From Salibacteraceae bacterium (GTDB taxonomy: Bacteria; Bacteroidota; Bacteroidia; Flavobacteriales_G; Salibacteraceae): 64,000 nucleotides of DNA. The stretch lies in NCBI GenBank assembly GCA_041563475.1, contig JBFFMY010000002.1, positions 20,794 through 84,793 of the forward strand, in the 5' to 3' direction. Of the stretch, positions 1 through 10,159 are shown one piece after another. Made by a program: the position numbers and the translations under genes. The notes beneath the pieces are model-generated. The model was not told the origin of the DNA, ran no database searches, and was given only the letters and a program-made list of their open reading frames with translations. The number at the start of each line of letters is the position of its first letter. Positions within the stretch are counted from its first letter, which is position 1.

Positions 1-294
1 AGAATATTTAGGAATTGATTTTGAATACGTTTTAGTTTCTGGGCTTTTTTGTGCAAATAATTTTTCGGTTTGGGTGTCAATTAACGGAATAAAAGGCCGG
101 TCTAAACCATTTTCAGCGACCCATATATTTACCCAGTGCTCATTTGAGTTCGGAAATCTATCCCCCGATATATCTGTGAAATCTGAAATTAAAACAAATG
201 CAAAAAACGCAAAAAACCTTACTATCCATACGTTACGTGGATTTCGAACTGAATAATTCGCGAAATTACTTGATGTGTTTTTTTCCGTTTTCAA
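1..294 (-). CDS. possible 5' portion of a CDS running off the left edge; start codon uncertain
   Basis: The reverse-strand frame is open from an in-frame TAA at 342-340 to the window edge. There is no in-frame ATG, and the first candidate start is TTG at 294-292. The translation contains a hydrophobic signal-anchor-like stretch (VRFFAFFAFVLISDF). It is absent from the ORF track because no stop lies inside the window. Confidence 0.3.
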   Translation of the reverse strand, partial: MKTEKNTSSNFANYSVRNPRNVWIVRFFAFFAFVLISDFTDISGDRFPNSNEHWVNIWVAENGLDRPFIPLIDTQTEKLFAQKSPETKTYSKSIPKYS

Positions 295-415
295 TAGCCC
301 CAGATGGTAAGAATAAAATTTAACTATCTCCCATATTCTTTACGAAATTAAAACATTTATCAAGGAATTCACCTCAATAATAGTAAATTGCGTACTCAAA
401 TTTTTTCAATTCAAT

Positions 416-787
416 ATGAGAATAGTAACCGGTTTAAATATACTAATTATTTTGGCTATATCTAGCCTATATTCATGTGCAGACCCATCAAGTTCTGGTC
501 CATGTGAATATTCAGAAGAGAAATTTAAAATGCATGTGGTGGAGGTTCAACCGGATACTACTCAAGAAAACATGTTTATTGTTTGGGTAGATTTTGATGG
601 CAATATTGAATGGGCAAATTCCCCTCAAAAGTTTTCAGAGGTTCGCAATGTAGCAACAGACCTAGAGTTCTTAGATAAAAACCATATCCAACCAGGGATG
701 ATATATTCTGGAACTTTTTACAAAATTGTTGCAGGCAGTGGAAATTGCGATGAATTTATTGTGGATTGGGATCAGAAATTAAGATAG
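416..787 (+). CDS. small putative lipoprotein, function unknown
   Basis: N-terminal signal peptide ending in a lipobox-like ...SSLYSC. An 8-nt gap separates it from the next gene. Confidence 0.55.
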   Translation: MRIVTGLNILIILAISSLYSCADPSSSGPCEYSEEKFKMHVVEVQPDTTQENMFIVWVDFDGNIEWANSPQKFSEVRNVATDLEFLDKNHIQPGMIYSGTFYKIVAGSGNCDEFIVDWDQKLR

Positions 788-794
788 GTTTAAA

Positions 795-1847
795 ATGGGT
801 GATTTAAATATAGATAAGGCCAAAGAAAAAGCAATTTCAGCCTTTTTAAAATCACAAAAGGGAGTTTTATCTGCAAATGAAATTGTAGAAGGAATATTTG
901 CGGGTTCTACAAAAGTTTTGGGTCAAGCCATAACGTTGCTAGAAAGCACCAATCCACAGCATATTGAAATTGCTACAGATGTTGTAAATAAATGCTTACC
1001 AAAAAGCGGGAAGTCAATCCGAATTGGTATTACGGGTGTTCCAGGAGTTGGAAAATCTACGTTTATAGAATCCTTTGGATCCTATTTAACGGATCAGGGA
1101 ATTAAAACCGCAGTTTTAGCTATTGACCCCAGCTCCAACGTAAATAAAGGAAGTATTTTAGGAGATAAAACCCGAATGGAAAATTTATCCAAAAATCCAT
1201 TGGCCTTTATTCGACCCTCCCCTTCTTCGGGAGCTTTAGGTGGTGTTGCAAATGCTACGAGAGAAAGTATTTTGCTTTGCGAATCCGCTGGATTTGAGGT
1301 GATTATTGTTGAAACAGTTGGTGTTGGTCAAAGTGAGTACTTAGTAAAGGAAATGGTTGATTTTTTCCTTCTCTTGATGCTATCTGGAGCTGGAGACGAA
1401 ATTCAGGGCATTAAAAGAGGTATTATGGAAATGGCAGACGCTTTGTTTGTAAATAAAGCGGATGGCACAAATGAATTATTTTCACAAAAGGCTGCACAGT
1501 CCTATAAAAATGTGCTTCACCTTTTTACTGCTAGAGAAGATAATTGGATTCCAGAAACTGGAACGTGTTCAGCAATTTACAATACTGGAATAAAAAATGT
1601 CTGGGATATTATTTTAAAGTTTAAGGCGCAACAAACAACCAATGGATGGCTAGCTAAAAGGAGAAAAAACCAATCGGAAACGTGGCTTTTAGAGCAAGTT
1701 AATTCGGAATTAAAGAATTTGTTTTTGCAAAATAATGAAGTGCAGAAAAACATGACAGAGATAACGGAGCAAGTGGTTTCTGGAAAAATTACTCCGTATG
1801 CAGGGTCAAAAATTTTAATGGATTTCTTTACAAGAAATTTAAAATAA
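795..1847 (+). CDS. meaB: MeaB/ArgK-type G3E P-loop GTPase (methylmalonyl-CoA mutase-associated / LAO-AO transport ATPase family)
   Basis: Walker A GVPGVGKST, ETVGVGQSE, and an NKADG (NKxD) motif. Length is 350 aa. Confidence 0.88.
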   Translation: MGDLNIDKAKEKAISAFLKSQKGVLSANEIVEGIFAGSTKVLGQAITLLESTNPQHIEIATDVVNKCLPKSGKSIRIGITGVPGVGKSTFIESFGSYLTDQGIKTAVLAIDPSSNVNKGSILGDKTRMENLSKNPLAFIRPSPSSGALGGVANATRESILLCESAGFEVIIVETVGVGQSEYLVKEMVDFFLLLMLSGAGDEIQGIKRGIMEMADALFVNKADGTNELFSQKAAQSYKNVLHLFTAREDNWIPETGTCSAIYNTGIKNVWDIILKFKAQQTTNGWLAKRRKNQSETWLLEQVNSELKNLFLQNNEVQKNMTEITEQVVSGKITPYAGSKILMDFFTRNLK

Positions 1848-1878
1848 CTGGTTCTATTCATTAGTGAATAATCACCTA

Positions 1879-4500
1879 TTATTCGTTCGAAAAGTTAGTG
1901 GTTATTCCAAACCGAATCGCCCAATTGGTAAACGGTCCATTTAAATTATTAGTTACTACTTCAATCCGTAACACACGGAATAAATTATCTAAACTATAAC
2001 CCAACTCAAAGTAATTGGTTCCAGTGTTGCCTGTCCACAAATAATTAGCAAACAGATTTTCTTTTATTCCAGTCATTCTAAGAAAAAAGAATTGGGTAAG
2101 TACCAATTTCTTAAATTCATAATTAACAAATACCGATGCGTACTCACCTGTCGTACTTTTTTGGTAGTAAGGCAACATTCGGTATTGAGTAGCGGGGTTT
2201 GAATTTACAAATGGGGATTCATTTCCCATAAAATGGACAAAATCAATGAAATCCTGGTTCGAACTATTGCGCATTGTTCTAACACCTCCGTAAGAATTAA
2301 TACGCAACCTTCTACCTCCTTGAACTTTTACATAATGTGAAAAACCAACCGAAATATCCTCAAACGAAGTCCCCGATTTTTGCAAACCGTTACCATTGAT
2401 ATATCGAATCCAAATTGACGGGGAAGAATTACGACTTAGTTTCTTTATCCCATTACGGACATATAATTTCTGCCACGGTCTGATTGTAGATTTTACATCC
2501 ACAATAAATCGATTAGAATTTTCTGGTATTGCTTGGAGCGGGTTACCCGCATTAAATTCGTCATTTTGAGGGATGTTTGAGGTATATCCTCGGTTTTTAT
2601 AATCGAAAAACGTAAAGTTTGTCGTGTTTTCAAGATGCGTTCTTACGGAATATTGAGCAGAAAAATCCAATTCCCATTTGGGGTGAACATTTTGATTCCA
2701 ATCCAATCTCACATATTCATTCTGATATAATTTCATAAAGTTATCCTCCATAAATAGAGAGGTAAACGTATTCAAAATTGGACTAATAGGCTCATCACCA
2801 TTGTATTGAATGTCCATTTTACCTCCGCTAAAAGAAATACTCCCCTTATGTAAAAGGCTACCATAGTTTAATTTGGCTTTAGCCTGCCACAACAATGTTG
2901 TTCGAGAAAATCCATAATGCGTTTCACCAAACAATTGAAAAAGAGTGGAATCAGAAATGGAGTGATTAAAGCGTAATTTGGCACCGAGTAGAAAACCATC
3001 TACGGTATTGAAACTCATGGGAACTGAAACGCGTAAACTATTGGTATCATTGAATTTAAAAGTATAACCAAATAATAAATCAAAAGGAGAAAAAGAGTTC
3101 TTTTTTGTGGAATCAGACTTTGCTTTTTCTTGATCTAAAACGAGTAAACTATCTAGTTTTTGGTATCCATTTACTTCTACAGAATCTAATGGAACTGAAC
3201 GTACCATATCCCAATAGGTCGAGTCTTTTTTATTCGCTAACGAGTCGATGGAAAATTCATAAATACTGGTAATATCTTTAGTTTCATCCGGTTCATTTTC
3301 CTCTTCTTTGGATTCATACTCTTTTAGCATCTTTTTCAATTGCTTTCGAGTTACCTTTTTGTCTTCTTTGGATACTTCTGTAGAATTATTTGAAATTTCC
3401 ATTTTCTGATCCATTTCCTCAATTTGCGCAGCCAACTCCTTTTGAATACTTTCATCAATAATCTCCACTTCAAAATCTAAATCAGGGTTTATCTTCCATT
3501 TATATTTCCCGATGGTAGCCAAGTATTTATATTCGAATTTGACTCCAAAAAACTTACCGGAAATATCAAATTTCAAATTTACTGGAAGCCATATTTTCTC
3601 CTCAATAGGAGCATATACCTCATTGATGTTAATTTTAATTCCTTCTTGGTAGGTTACAAAGTTTATGCGATAAATATTCCAATCATTTTCAACTAAATAC
3701 AAAAAACCCTCCACAACACCTTCTCCTTTGGAGCGCGGAACAACTTGAATTTTATTAATCGTATATCCTCTATCCGAAAACGATTCTACATATTTAAATT
3801 TATAATACGCAAAAGCCTTTTTAGATAGGGGGGAAACCAGACCTCCAATATCCGGTTGATAAAACGAACCAAAAATGAAGCTGTTTTGCGCAGAGTTATT
3901 ATCAGAACCGCTCGTTCTGGTGGAAATTACATTTTGCTTATAGGTATTTGGGCGTGTAAATTCAACTTCGGTAACCGTTTCAGAAATATACGCAGTGGTG
4001 GAATCAAACCCTTCTTCAGCTAATTTTTTTCGAATAAAAAATGGGGCATCAATTACTCTTCCAGACCCTTTTAGATAAACTTCTGCGGAATACCAATCAA
4101 TTTCTTGTAAATGAAAAGGTGCTTTAGCTATAGCCTTTCGCATCAAGGTATATGCAGGATCTTCTTTACCTCCATAAATGGTCGCAGATTGTAATTGAAT
4201 ACTTTTCTCAAGTAAAATGACATCCAATATTTTATAATCATTTTTAACTTCTACACGTTTAGTAACAGTCTCATATCCCAAGTACTGGAAAACAATATCA
4301 TACATCCCAGACGCTAATTTAATTTCAAAATATCCATCAAAATTGGTGGATGTTCCTGATTTCAGTTGCTGCACATAAATGGATGCAAAAGGGAGAATTT
4401 CACCAGAGTTATTTTTCAAAACACCTCTAACCCCACCAGCATTCAATACCGATGAAAATATTACAAATAAAAATAAAAGAAAGTACTTAAAGGTGCGCAA
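1879..4500 (-). CDS. large secreted/outer-membrane protein with an N-terminal carboxypeptidase-regulatory-like domain (DUF5686-like)
   Basis: Signal peptide MRTFKYFLLFLFVIFSSVLNA. CarbopepD_reg-like segment GVLKN..GEILPFASIYV...TSTNFDGYFEI. The C-terminal half is beta-rich. The start is TTG, with no in-frame ATG upstream before a stop. Confidence 0.75.
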   Translation of the reverse strand: MRTFKYFLLFLFVIFSSVLNAGGVRGVLKNNSGEILPFASIYVQQLKSGTSTNFDGYFEIKLASGMYDIVFQYLGYETVTKRVEVKNDYKILDVILLEKSIQLQSATIYGGKEDPAYTLMRKAIAKAPFHLQEIDWYSAEVYLKGSGRVIDAPFFIRKKLAEEGFDSTTAYISETVTEVEFTRPNTYKQNVISTRTSGSDNNSAQNSFIFGSFYQPDIGGLVSPLSKKAFAYYKFKYVESFSDRGYTINKIQVVPRSKGEGVVEGFLYLVENDWNIYRINFVTYQEGIKININEVYAPIEEKIWLPVNLKFDISGKFFGVKFEYKYLATIGKYKWKINPDLDFEVEIIDESIQKELAAQIEEMDQKMEISNNSTEVSKEDKKVTRKQLKKMLKEYESKEEENEPDETKDITSIYEFSIDSLANKKDSTYWDMVRSVPLDSVEVNGYQKLDSLLVLDQEKAKSDSTKKNSFSPFDLLFGYTFKFNDTNSLRVSVPMSFNTVDGFLLGAKLRFNHSISDSTLFQLFGETHYGFSRTTLLWQAKAKLNYGSLLHKGSISFSGGKMDIQYNGDEPISPILNTFTSLFMEDNFMKLYQNEYVRLDWNQNVHPKWELDFSAQYSVRTHLENTTNFTFFDYKNRGYTSNIPQNDEFNAGNPLQAIPENSNRFIVDVKSTIRPWQKLYVRNGIKKLSRNSSPSIWIRYINGNGLQKSGTSFEDISVGFSHYVKVQGGRRLRINSYGGVRTMRNSSNQDFIDFVHFMGNESPFVNSNPATQYRMLPYYQKSTTGEYASVFVNYEFKKLVLTQFFFLRMTGIKENLFANYLWTGNTGTNYFELGYSLDNLFRVLRIEVVTNNLNGPFTNWAIRFGITTNFSNE

Positions 4501-4615
4501 AATAAGGCCTAATAAAGTTTTTGATTTGATTAATATTGGTTGCTAATGTAGTGTTTTTTCTTTTTCCATATGCCCTAAATAGTGGTATATTTACCCCTTT
4601 TATAAAATCAAAATT

Positions 4616-7177
4616 ATGCTACGAGAAAGTATCTCAATTATTTTAGGGAGCATCCTGCTTTTTTCTAATGTACTTGCACAACAGAATTCATTAGAAAACG
4701 ACACAGAACTAATAAAAGGAACTTTTTTAGGCAAAACACCTCCAGTACGGGACTTTGCAACTGAGTTTGATTTTAGTCAAATAGATACAAACCAGTATTT
4801 TGAAATTAGAAATTTTAAGGATCGTTATAGAACCGGACCCATTGAGCGTAATTTAAATCCTAAGTTGGACCCCATTTGGAAACCAAATCAAAATACATCC
4901 ACCCAACGCGTACCTCAAGGAAGTATTATTCAAAATTACAATGGGATTGGTTTCACAGGTGTTCAACCTCCAGACCCTTGCGTTGCCGTAAGTTCAGAGT
5001 ATGTGGTTCAAATGATAAATGGCAGTGGGGGAGCAAAATACAAAGTATGGAACAAAACAAGCAACTCACTTACAGGAGCGTTAAATGTAGATGATCTCTT
5101 TTTGGGCTACAACGGTTTAGGAGACCCAATTGTAGTTTACGATAGAATTGCCGATAGGTGGTTATTAAGCGAATTCGCAAGTTCTGGCTCTAATTTATTA
5201 GTCGCTATTTCAGTAACCAACGATCCATTAGGGCAATTTTACACGTATGTATTTCAAGCAAATAATTTCCCTGATTACCCAAAATATTCGGTTTGGCCAG
5301 ATGCCTATTATTGTACAACAAATGAGAGTCAAACTACCATTTATGCATTTGAAAGAGATTCAATGCTTGTTGGGGCCCCAGCAATTCTAATTCGAAAAAC
5401 AGTTCCTAGTTTATCCGGTTTTGGGTTCCAAGCCCTTACTCCAGTTAACTTCGAAGGAGTTGCTTCTAGCAATACACCTGCTACATTTTGGAGACACGTG
5501 GATGATGAAGCGCATTCAAATACGCCAGATCCATTTTCTGATTTTGTGCAATATTGGACCTTTACACCTAATTTTTCTTCACCTTCAAGTTCGCCATTTG
5601 TTGGACCTACTACTCTTACGGTAAGTGAATTCGATAGTGATTTGAACGGTTATTTTGCGTTTTCAGCCATAAAACAACCAAATTCAACGACAAGATTAGA
5701 TCCATTACGAGAAGTTTTCATGAATAGAATGAACTACCGAAACTTTGGTATTTTTGAATCTATTGTTGGATGTCACGTTACGGATATTGATGGATCAGAC
5801 TGGGCAGGAATGCGATGGTATGAATTTAGAAAAACCGATACCTCAAACTGGACATTATATCAAGAAGGCACCTATGCACCTGATGCTGATAGTCGCTGGA
5901 TGGGTTCCATTGATATTAACGCCAATGGATCTATTTGTTTGGCCTATTCTGTTTCAAGTAGTACTACATATCCATCCTTAAAATTTACAGGAAGAAATGT
6001 ATGGGACTCCCCAGGAGTAATGACTTTAACCGAACAAACTATTGTAGCTGGAGGTGGTTCAAACTCCAATAACCGGTATGGTGATTATGCCGCAATGGTT
6101 GTCGATCCTGCAGATGACTCAACATTTTGGTTTACAGGAGAATATAATCCTAGTTCAACTTGGTCCACAAGAATTGCACAATTACAATTAAATGATATTT
6201 GTAATGGTTTAACGGCAACTGCGCATCAAACCGCTTACATTTCTTGTCCAAACGATTCCAACGCAGAGGTTGAAATTTTTGCCATTGGAGGGAATTCTGG
6301 AACGTATACTTATAGCGTGGATAGCGTAATTTTTCAATCGAGCAATGTCCTAAGTAATTTAACTGCTGGGGATTTTGTTATCTATGTTAAAGACGGCACA
6401 TGTGTATCGCAAGTACCTATTTCTATTGTTGGACCAGATACATTCCAAATAAATACTACGCTAAGCAATATTGATTGCTACGGTAACGCTAATGGAAACA
6501 TCATAGTAAGTGGAAATGGGGGAACTTCTCCAATACAATATAGTTTAGATAATATGAATTGGGTTAACTCTACTCTTTTTGATTCATTAACTGCAGGTAA
6601 TTACACAGTGTACATTAGGGATGCTAATAACTGTATTTCTCAAAAGGATTCTAATATAATCACTGAACCATTGCCGCTAATTGTAACAGATTCGATTGTG
6701 CCTGCTTCATCAAGTTCTGCAACCGATGGAGCAATTTATCTTGATGTTCAAGGTGGAACACCTATTTACTATTACAGCAAAGACAGTTTAAGCTTCACCT
6801 CTAGTAATTATTTCACAAATTTAGCCGCAGGGACCTACTTTGTGTATGTAGTTGATGCTAATGGATGTTTGGTGAAAGACACGGTGAACATTAATTCTGT
6901 TTCCGTTCCAACCATTTTCAATGAAAACAACGTTCGCTTATTTCCGAATCCAAATGCGGGAAAATTCAATATCGAGTTAGGTAGCGAATTACTTGCAAAT
7001 GGAGCAGATTTAGTGATAAGAAATCTTACAGGGCAAATAGTTTATACCCATACAATTGAATCTCAAAACTCCAATTTTATTGAAAGTATTGATATTTCAA
7101 AAAATGCAACAGGTGTTTACTTTATGATTATTACGGTCAATAGTCAAACACATACACTACAAATTGTGATGGAGTAA
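4616..7177 (+). CDS. T9SS-secreted protein: unknown N-terminal domain of about 520 aa, SprB-type repeats, and a Por/T9SS C-terminal sorting domain
   Basis: Signal peptide. Repeats of the type CYGNANGNIIVSGNGGTSPIQYSLD, GGNSGTYTYSVD and GGTPIYYYSKD. C-terminal VRLFPNPNAGKFNIEL...GVYFMIITVNSQTHTLQIV is typical of T9SS CTDs. Confidence 0.85.
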   Translation: MLRESISIILGSILLFSNVLAQQNSLENDTELIKGTFLGKTPPVRDFATEFDFSQIDTNQYFEIRNFKDRYRTGPIERNLNPKLDPIWKPNQNTSTQRVPQGSIIQNYNGIGFTGVQPPDPCVAVSSEYVVQMINGSGGAKYKVWNKTSNSLTGALNVDDLFLGYNGLGDPIVVYDRIADRWLLSEFASSGSNLLVAISVTNDPLGQFYTYVFQANNFPDYPKYSVWPDAYYCTTNESQTTIYAFERDSMLVGAPAILIRKTVPSLSGFGFQALTPVNFEGVASSNTPATFWRHVDDEAHSNTPDPFSDFVQYWTFTPNFSSPSSSPFVGPTTLTVSEFDSDLNGYFAFSAIKQPNSTTRLDPLREVFMNRMNYRNFGIFESIVGCHVTDIDGSDWAGMRWYEFRKTDTSNWTLYQEGTYAPDADSRWMGSIDINANGSICLAYSVSSSTTYPSLKFTGRNVWDSPGVMTLTEQTIVAGGGSNSNNRYGDYAAMVVDPADDSTFWFTGEYNPSSTWSTRIAQLQLNDICNGLTATAHQTAYISCPNDSNAEVEIFAIGGNSGTYTYSVDSVIFQSSNVLSNLTAGDFVIYVKDGTCVSQVPISIVGPDTFQINTTLSNIDCYGNANGNIIVSGNGGTSPIQYSLDNMNWVNSTLFDSLTAGNYTVYIRDANNCISQKDSNIITEPLPLIVTDSIVPASSSSATDGAIYLDVQGGTPIYYYSKDSLSFTSSNYFTNLAAGTYFVYVVDANGCLVKDTVNINSVSVPTIFNENNVRLFPNPNAGKFNIELGSELLANGADLVIRNLTGQIVYTHTIESQNSNFIESIDISKNATGVYFMIITVNSQTHTLQIVME

Positions 7178-7201
7178 TCACATAATTAATAATGTACTTT
7201 T

Positions 7202-7245
7202 GAAGAGGCTAACCGTAGAAAACCAATCTATGATTAGCCTCTTTT
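7202..7245 (+). terminator. hairpin downstream of the T9SS cargo gene
   Basis: agaggctaa ... ttagcctct inverted repeat followed by ttttcttt. Confidence 0.4.
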
Positions 7246-7256
7246 CTTTATAAACA

Positions 7257-9131
7257 ATGCAAGAAAAAGCAACAAAAACACTTCAGAAGTATTGGGGATT
7301 TGAAAGTTTCCGACCAGATCAAGAAAAGGTTGTTTCCAGTATTCTTGCAAAAAACGACACCTTAGCTTTGCTTCCTACTGGTGGGGGTAAATCCATATGT
7401 TATCAAGTACCAGGTGTTCTACTAGAAGGAGTAACAATTGTCATTTCGCCATTAATCGCCTTAATGAACGACCAAATTGAAGGTCTTAAAAAACGAGGGA
7501 TTTCCGCCATTGCTATTTCATCCAATATGAGTTTTAAAGAACTCATAATTGCTTTAGAAAATGTGGTTTACGGTAAATATAAATTTCTATACGTCTCTCC
7601 TGAACGTGTTTCAAGTGACTTATTTCAGCAAAAATTAAGAGACATGAACGTGTCGTTTTTTGCCATTGACGAAGCACACTGTATTTCTCAGTGGGGTTTT
7701 GATTTTAGACCAAGTTATTTGAAATTGAATGTTCTTCGAGAACTGAAACCAAACACCCCTATTTTAGCTTTGACAGCAAGTGCTCCACCGAAGGTGGTTA
7801 CAGATATTAAACAGTTGCTAAACTTAAAAAACGTTCAATTCATAACCGGTAATTTTGAACGAAAAAATCTATCCTACTATCTCCTAAAATCGGATAATAA
7901 GGCCAATCGGATTCACAGTATTTTAGAAAAAAACAATAGTCCCTCAAGTATTATCTATGGATACACCCGAAAAAACGCACGTGATTTTTCGCAATGGTTA
8001 AACTCTCAAGGCTTAAAATCTAATTTTTACCACGGAGGGCTTACCCATGAAGAACGTGAAAATGCTCGTTTAAATTGGATGAATAACACTACACCCATTA
8101 TGTGCGCTACAAATGCCTTCGGAATGGGAATTGACAAACCTGATGTGAAATTTGTACTTCATCAAAATCTTCCAATGAGTATTGAAGCCTATTATCAGGA
8201 GGCCGGTCGAGCTGGTCGAGACGGCAACAAGGCATGGGCAATTACCCTATATAGTCAAAGTGATTTAATTGATTTGAGGGCGCGTTTAGCTTTGTCTTTT
8301 CCTGAAATACCTGTTATCAAAAATGTGTATAAAGCACTTACTAATTATTATGTTTTGCCACCTGGGACAGGGAAAGATCGATCTTTCGCCTTTGAAATCG
8401 GAGTGTTTTGTAAACGGTTTAATCTAAAGCCTATAACCGTTTTTAGTTCGTTAAAATTTCTAGAGAAGGAAGGTTATGTAAGTCTTTCCGAATCCGCCAG
8501 AAGTCCTTCTAGAATACATATTACAACATTTCAACAAAAGTTATATGGCTTTGGAATTACGGATAAAAATATTGGAAAGTCAATTGATGTATTATTACGC
8601 TCGTATACTGGGTTATTTGATGGATTTGAAACCATTAACGAATCCCTTTTAGCCCAGCGAATTCAAATTGATCGGAAGGAAATTGTACGTCACTTTCGTC
8701 AATTAGCTAAATTGGGACTAATTGATTATTTGGAACAGTCTGAAACCCCTTGGATAACATTTACGGAAGAAATCCTCACAGAAAAAAACTTACGAATAAG
8801 CCCAGAAAATTATTTACAGCAAAAGGAATTAGCCAAAACAAGGTTGGATGCATTCGAACATTTTCTTACGACAAAAACCCAATGCAGAAATCAAGTATTG
8901 ATGCAATACTTTGGAATTGAAAGTCATGAAAATTGTGGGATTTGCGATGTATGCCTTAATAAAAACAAGTCTAAATTAAATTCAATTTCCTTTCAAAACA
9001 TTTCTAATAAAATTAAACAATTAGCCGAACAGAAAATGGATTTCAAAACCATTATCGACTCATTTCCAATTAATGAACGAGAAGAAGCCATAAGCGTTTT
9101 AACTTTTTTGCAGGATGAGCACTTAATTTAA
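7257..9131 (+). CDS. recQ: RecQ-family ATP-dependent DNA helicase
   Basis: Walker A PTGGGKS, DEAH box (FAIDEAHCISQWGFDFRPSY), QEAGRAGRDG, and Zn-binding CRNQ...CGICDVC. Confidence 0.9.
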   Translation: MQEKATKTLQKYWGFESFRPDQEKVVSSILAKNDTLALLPTGGGKSICYQVPGVLLEGVTIVISPLIALMNDQIEGLKKRGISAIAISSNMSFKELIIALENVVYGKYKFLYVSPERVSSDLFQQKLRDMNVSFFAIDEAHCISQWGFDFRPSYLKLNVLRELKPNTPILALTASAPPKVVTDIKQLLNLKNVQFITGNFERKNLSYYLLKSDNKANRIHSILEKNNSPSSIIYGYTRKNARDFSQWLNSQGLKSNFYHGGLTHEERENARLNWMNNTTPIMCATNAFGMGIDKPDVKFVLHQNLPMSIEAYYQEAGRAGRDGNKAWAITLYSQSDLIDLRARLALSFPEIPVIKNVYKALTNYYVLPPGTGKDRSFAFEIGVFCKRFNLKPITVFSSLKFLEKEGYVSLSESARSPSRIHITTFQQKLYGFGITDKNIGKSIDVLLRSYTGLFDGFETINESLLAQRIQIDRKEIVRHFRQLAKLGLIDYLEQSETPWITFTEEILTEKNLRISPENYLQQKELAKTRLDAFEHFLTTKTQCRNQVLMQYFGIESHENCGICDVCLNKNKSKLNSISFQNISNKIKQLAEQKMDFKTIIDSFPINEREEAISVLTFLQDEHLI

Positions 9132-9267
9132 TTCCTACGTATTACTCCTTCCGAGAAGAAATACTCTTTTATAACTTTTTTAAAATTCTCCATTTTATTT
9201 TTCCATAAACGCAGAATATAGGTGTAATTTTAGGCGTCTATCCACAATTTATTTTGAAACATTATTT

Positions 9268-9516
9268 ATGTGGGAAAATGTACACAGTCAAAAAGTTCCT
9301 GTCGGATTATCAATTGGATATGGTTTAACTTCATTCCCAGATGTTGTTATGAATAATGGAGGTGTTTCCAATTTTTTTACCAGTAGAATTGGCTACACGG
9401 GGTCAACAGATTTTGAGTTAGGTGTTTCATTTAATTTATATGACGTGTATTTGGAAAGTGCACAGGAAAAAGCAATCGTTTCAAACTTACAGTTGATTCT
9501 TAAATTTTATTTTTAA
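9268..9516 (+). other. doubtful 82-aa ORF; possibly a remnant of an outer-membrane beta-barrel gene
   Basis: Beta-strand-like alternating pattern with a C-terminal aromatic end (...KFYF). There is no signal peptide, and an in-frame stop lies just upstream of the ATG. Confidence 0.2.
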
Positions 9517-9542
9517 AGATTTACCTAAAAAAATAAAAACCA

Positions 9543-9575
9543 CAAAAAATGCCGAGTAAATAAATTCCTCGGCAT
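9543..9575 (-). terminator. intrinsic terminator of the cold-shock-domain gene
   Basis: 8-bp stem atgccgag/ctcggcat (9549-9556 / 9568-9575). On the minus strand it is followed by a T-run (A-run 9543-9548 on plus). Confidence 0.6.
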
Positions 9576-9602
9576 ATTTTATATAAAACTAGTATTAACG
9601 TA

Positions 9603-10052
9603 CTACTTTTTCACTAATTTAACGCGGACAGCGTTCATTCCCTTCATTCCTTTCTCTAGTTCATAAGTAACAATATCACCCTCCTTAATGTCTTCTAACA
9701 AGCCATTTACATGAACAAAATATTTCTCATCCGTATTTGTTTCTCTAATAAAGCCGAAGCCTTTTGACGTATCAAAAAAGTCAACTTTACCCGTTAAATC
9801 CACAGGTTCTTCTTTCTCTCTTTTTGGTACACCCAACTCAATACTTGAAGCTTCTACTTTAATTCTTTTTGCTGGATCTGGCGGAGTATCTGTTAATTGA
9901 CCGAACTCATCCACATACGCAATCATGTTTTCGAATCCGCTTACCTTAGGTTGCAACTTTCTCTCTTCACGTTTAAGTTGTTTTTCCTTTTTTTTCTTTA
10001 AACGTTTTTTCTCTTTTTCTTTTTTGTTAAATGTTTCTTGCGATTTCGCCAT
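9603..10052 (-). CDS. cold-shock-domain protein with a Lys/Glu-rich N-terminal extension
   Basis: The C-terminal CSD carries an RNP1-like KGFGFIRE and an FVHVNG motif. The N-terminal ~80 aa are highly charged (KKEKEKKRLKKKKEKQLKREERK). Confidence 0.85.
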   Translation of the reverse strand: MAKSQETFNKKEKEKKRLKKKKEKQLKREERKLQPKVSGFENMIAYVDEFGQLTDTPPDPAKRIKVEASSIELGVPKREKEEPVDLTGKVDFFDTSKGFGFIRETNTDEKYFVHVNGLLEDIKEGDIVTYELEKGMKGMNAVRVKLVKK

Positions 10053-10151
10053 ATTTACTTCTTAAAATTTTTGGTTATCAAACTTTTCACCCTAATCCCA
10101 CTTTTCCATCTAAAAAATTTAAAGTACAACTAAGCTAAAATGCTCTTGGTG

Positions 10152-10159
10152 CAAATGTA
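10152..10159 (-). promoter_or_regulatory. candidate -7 box (TACATTTG) for the cold-shock-domain gene
   Basis: Exact match to the Bacteroidetes TAnnTTTG consensus on the minus strand, about 95 nt upstream of the start codon. No clear -33 TTG. Confidence 0.4.

Noticed and set aside
74-256. 60-aa plus-strand ORF near the left edge.
   Set aside because: It has a GTG start and an odd composition. It overlaps a longer open frame on the opposite strand that continues off the window, so it is probably spurious.
1577-1861. Antisense or alternate-frame ORFs nested in larger genes. Examples: 1577-1861, 4876-5094, 5421-5624, 5745-5981, 11163-11543, 12923-13162, 14852-15091, 16219-16485, 18236-18544, 21341-21736, 27156-27485, 36702-37064, 39143-39478, 42775-43065, 46765-47034, 51503-51814, 60122-60421, 60603-60881.
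   Set aside because: Each lies wholly inside a long ORF with strong, recognisable family motifs. Their translations are low-complexity, Ser/Ile/Phe-rich shadow sequences typical of AT-rich genomes. No independent signals support them.
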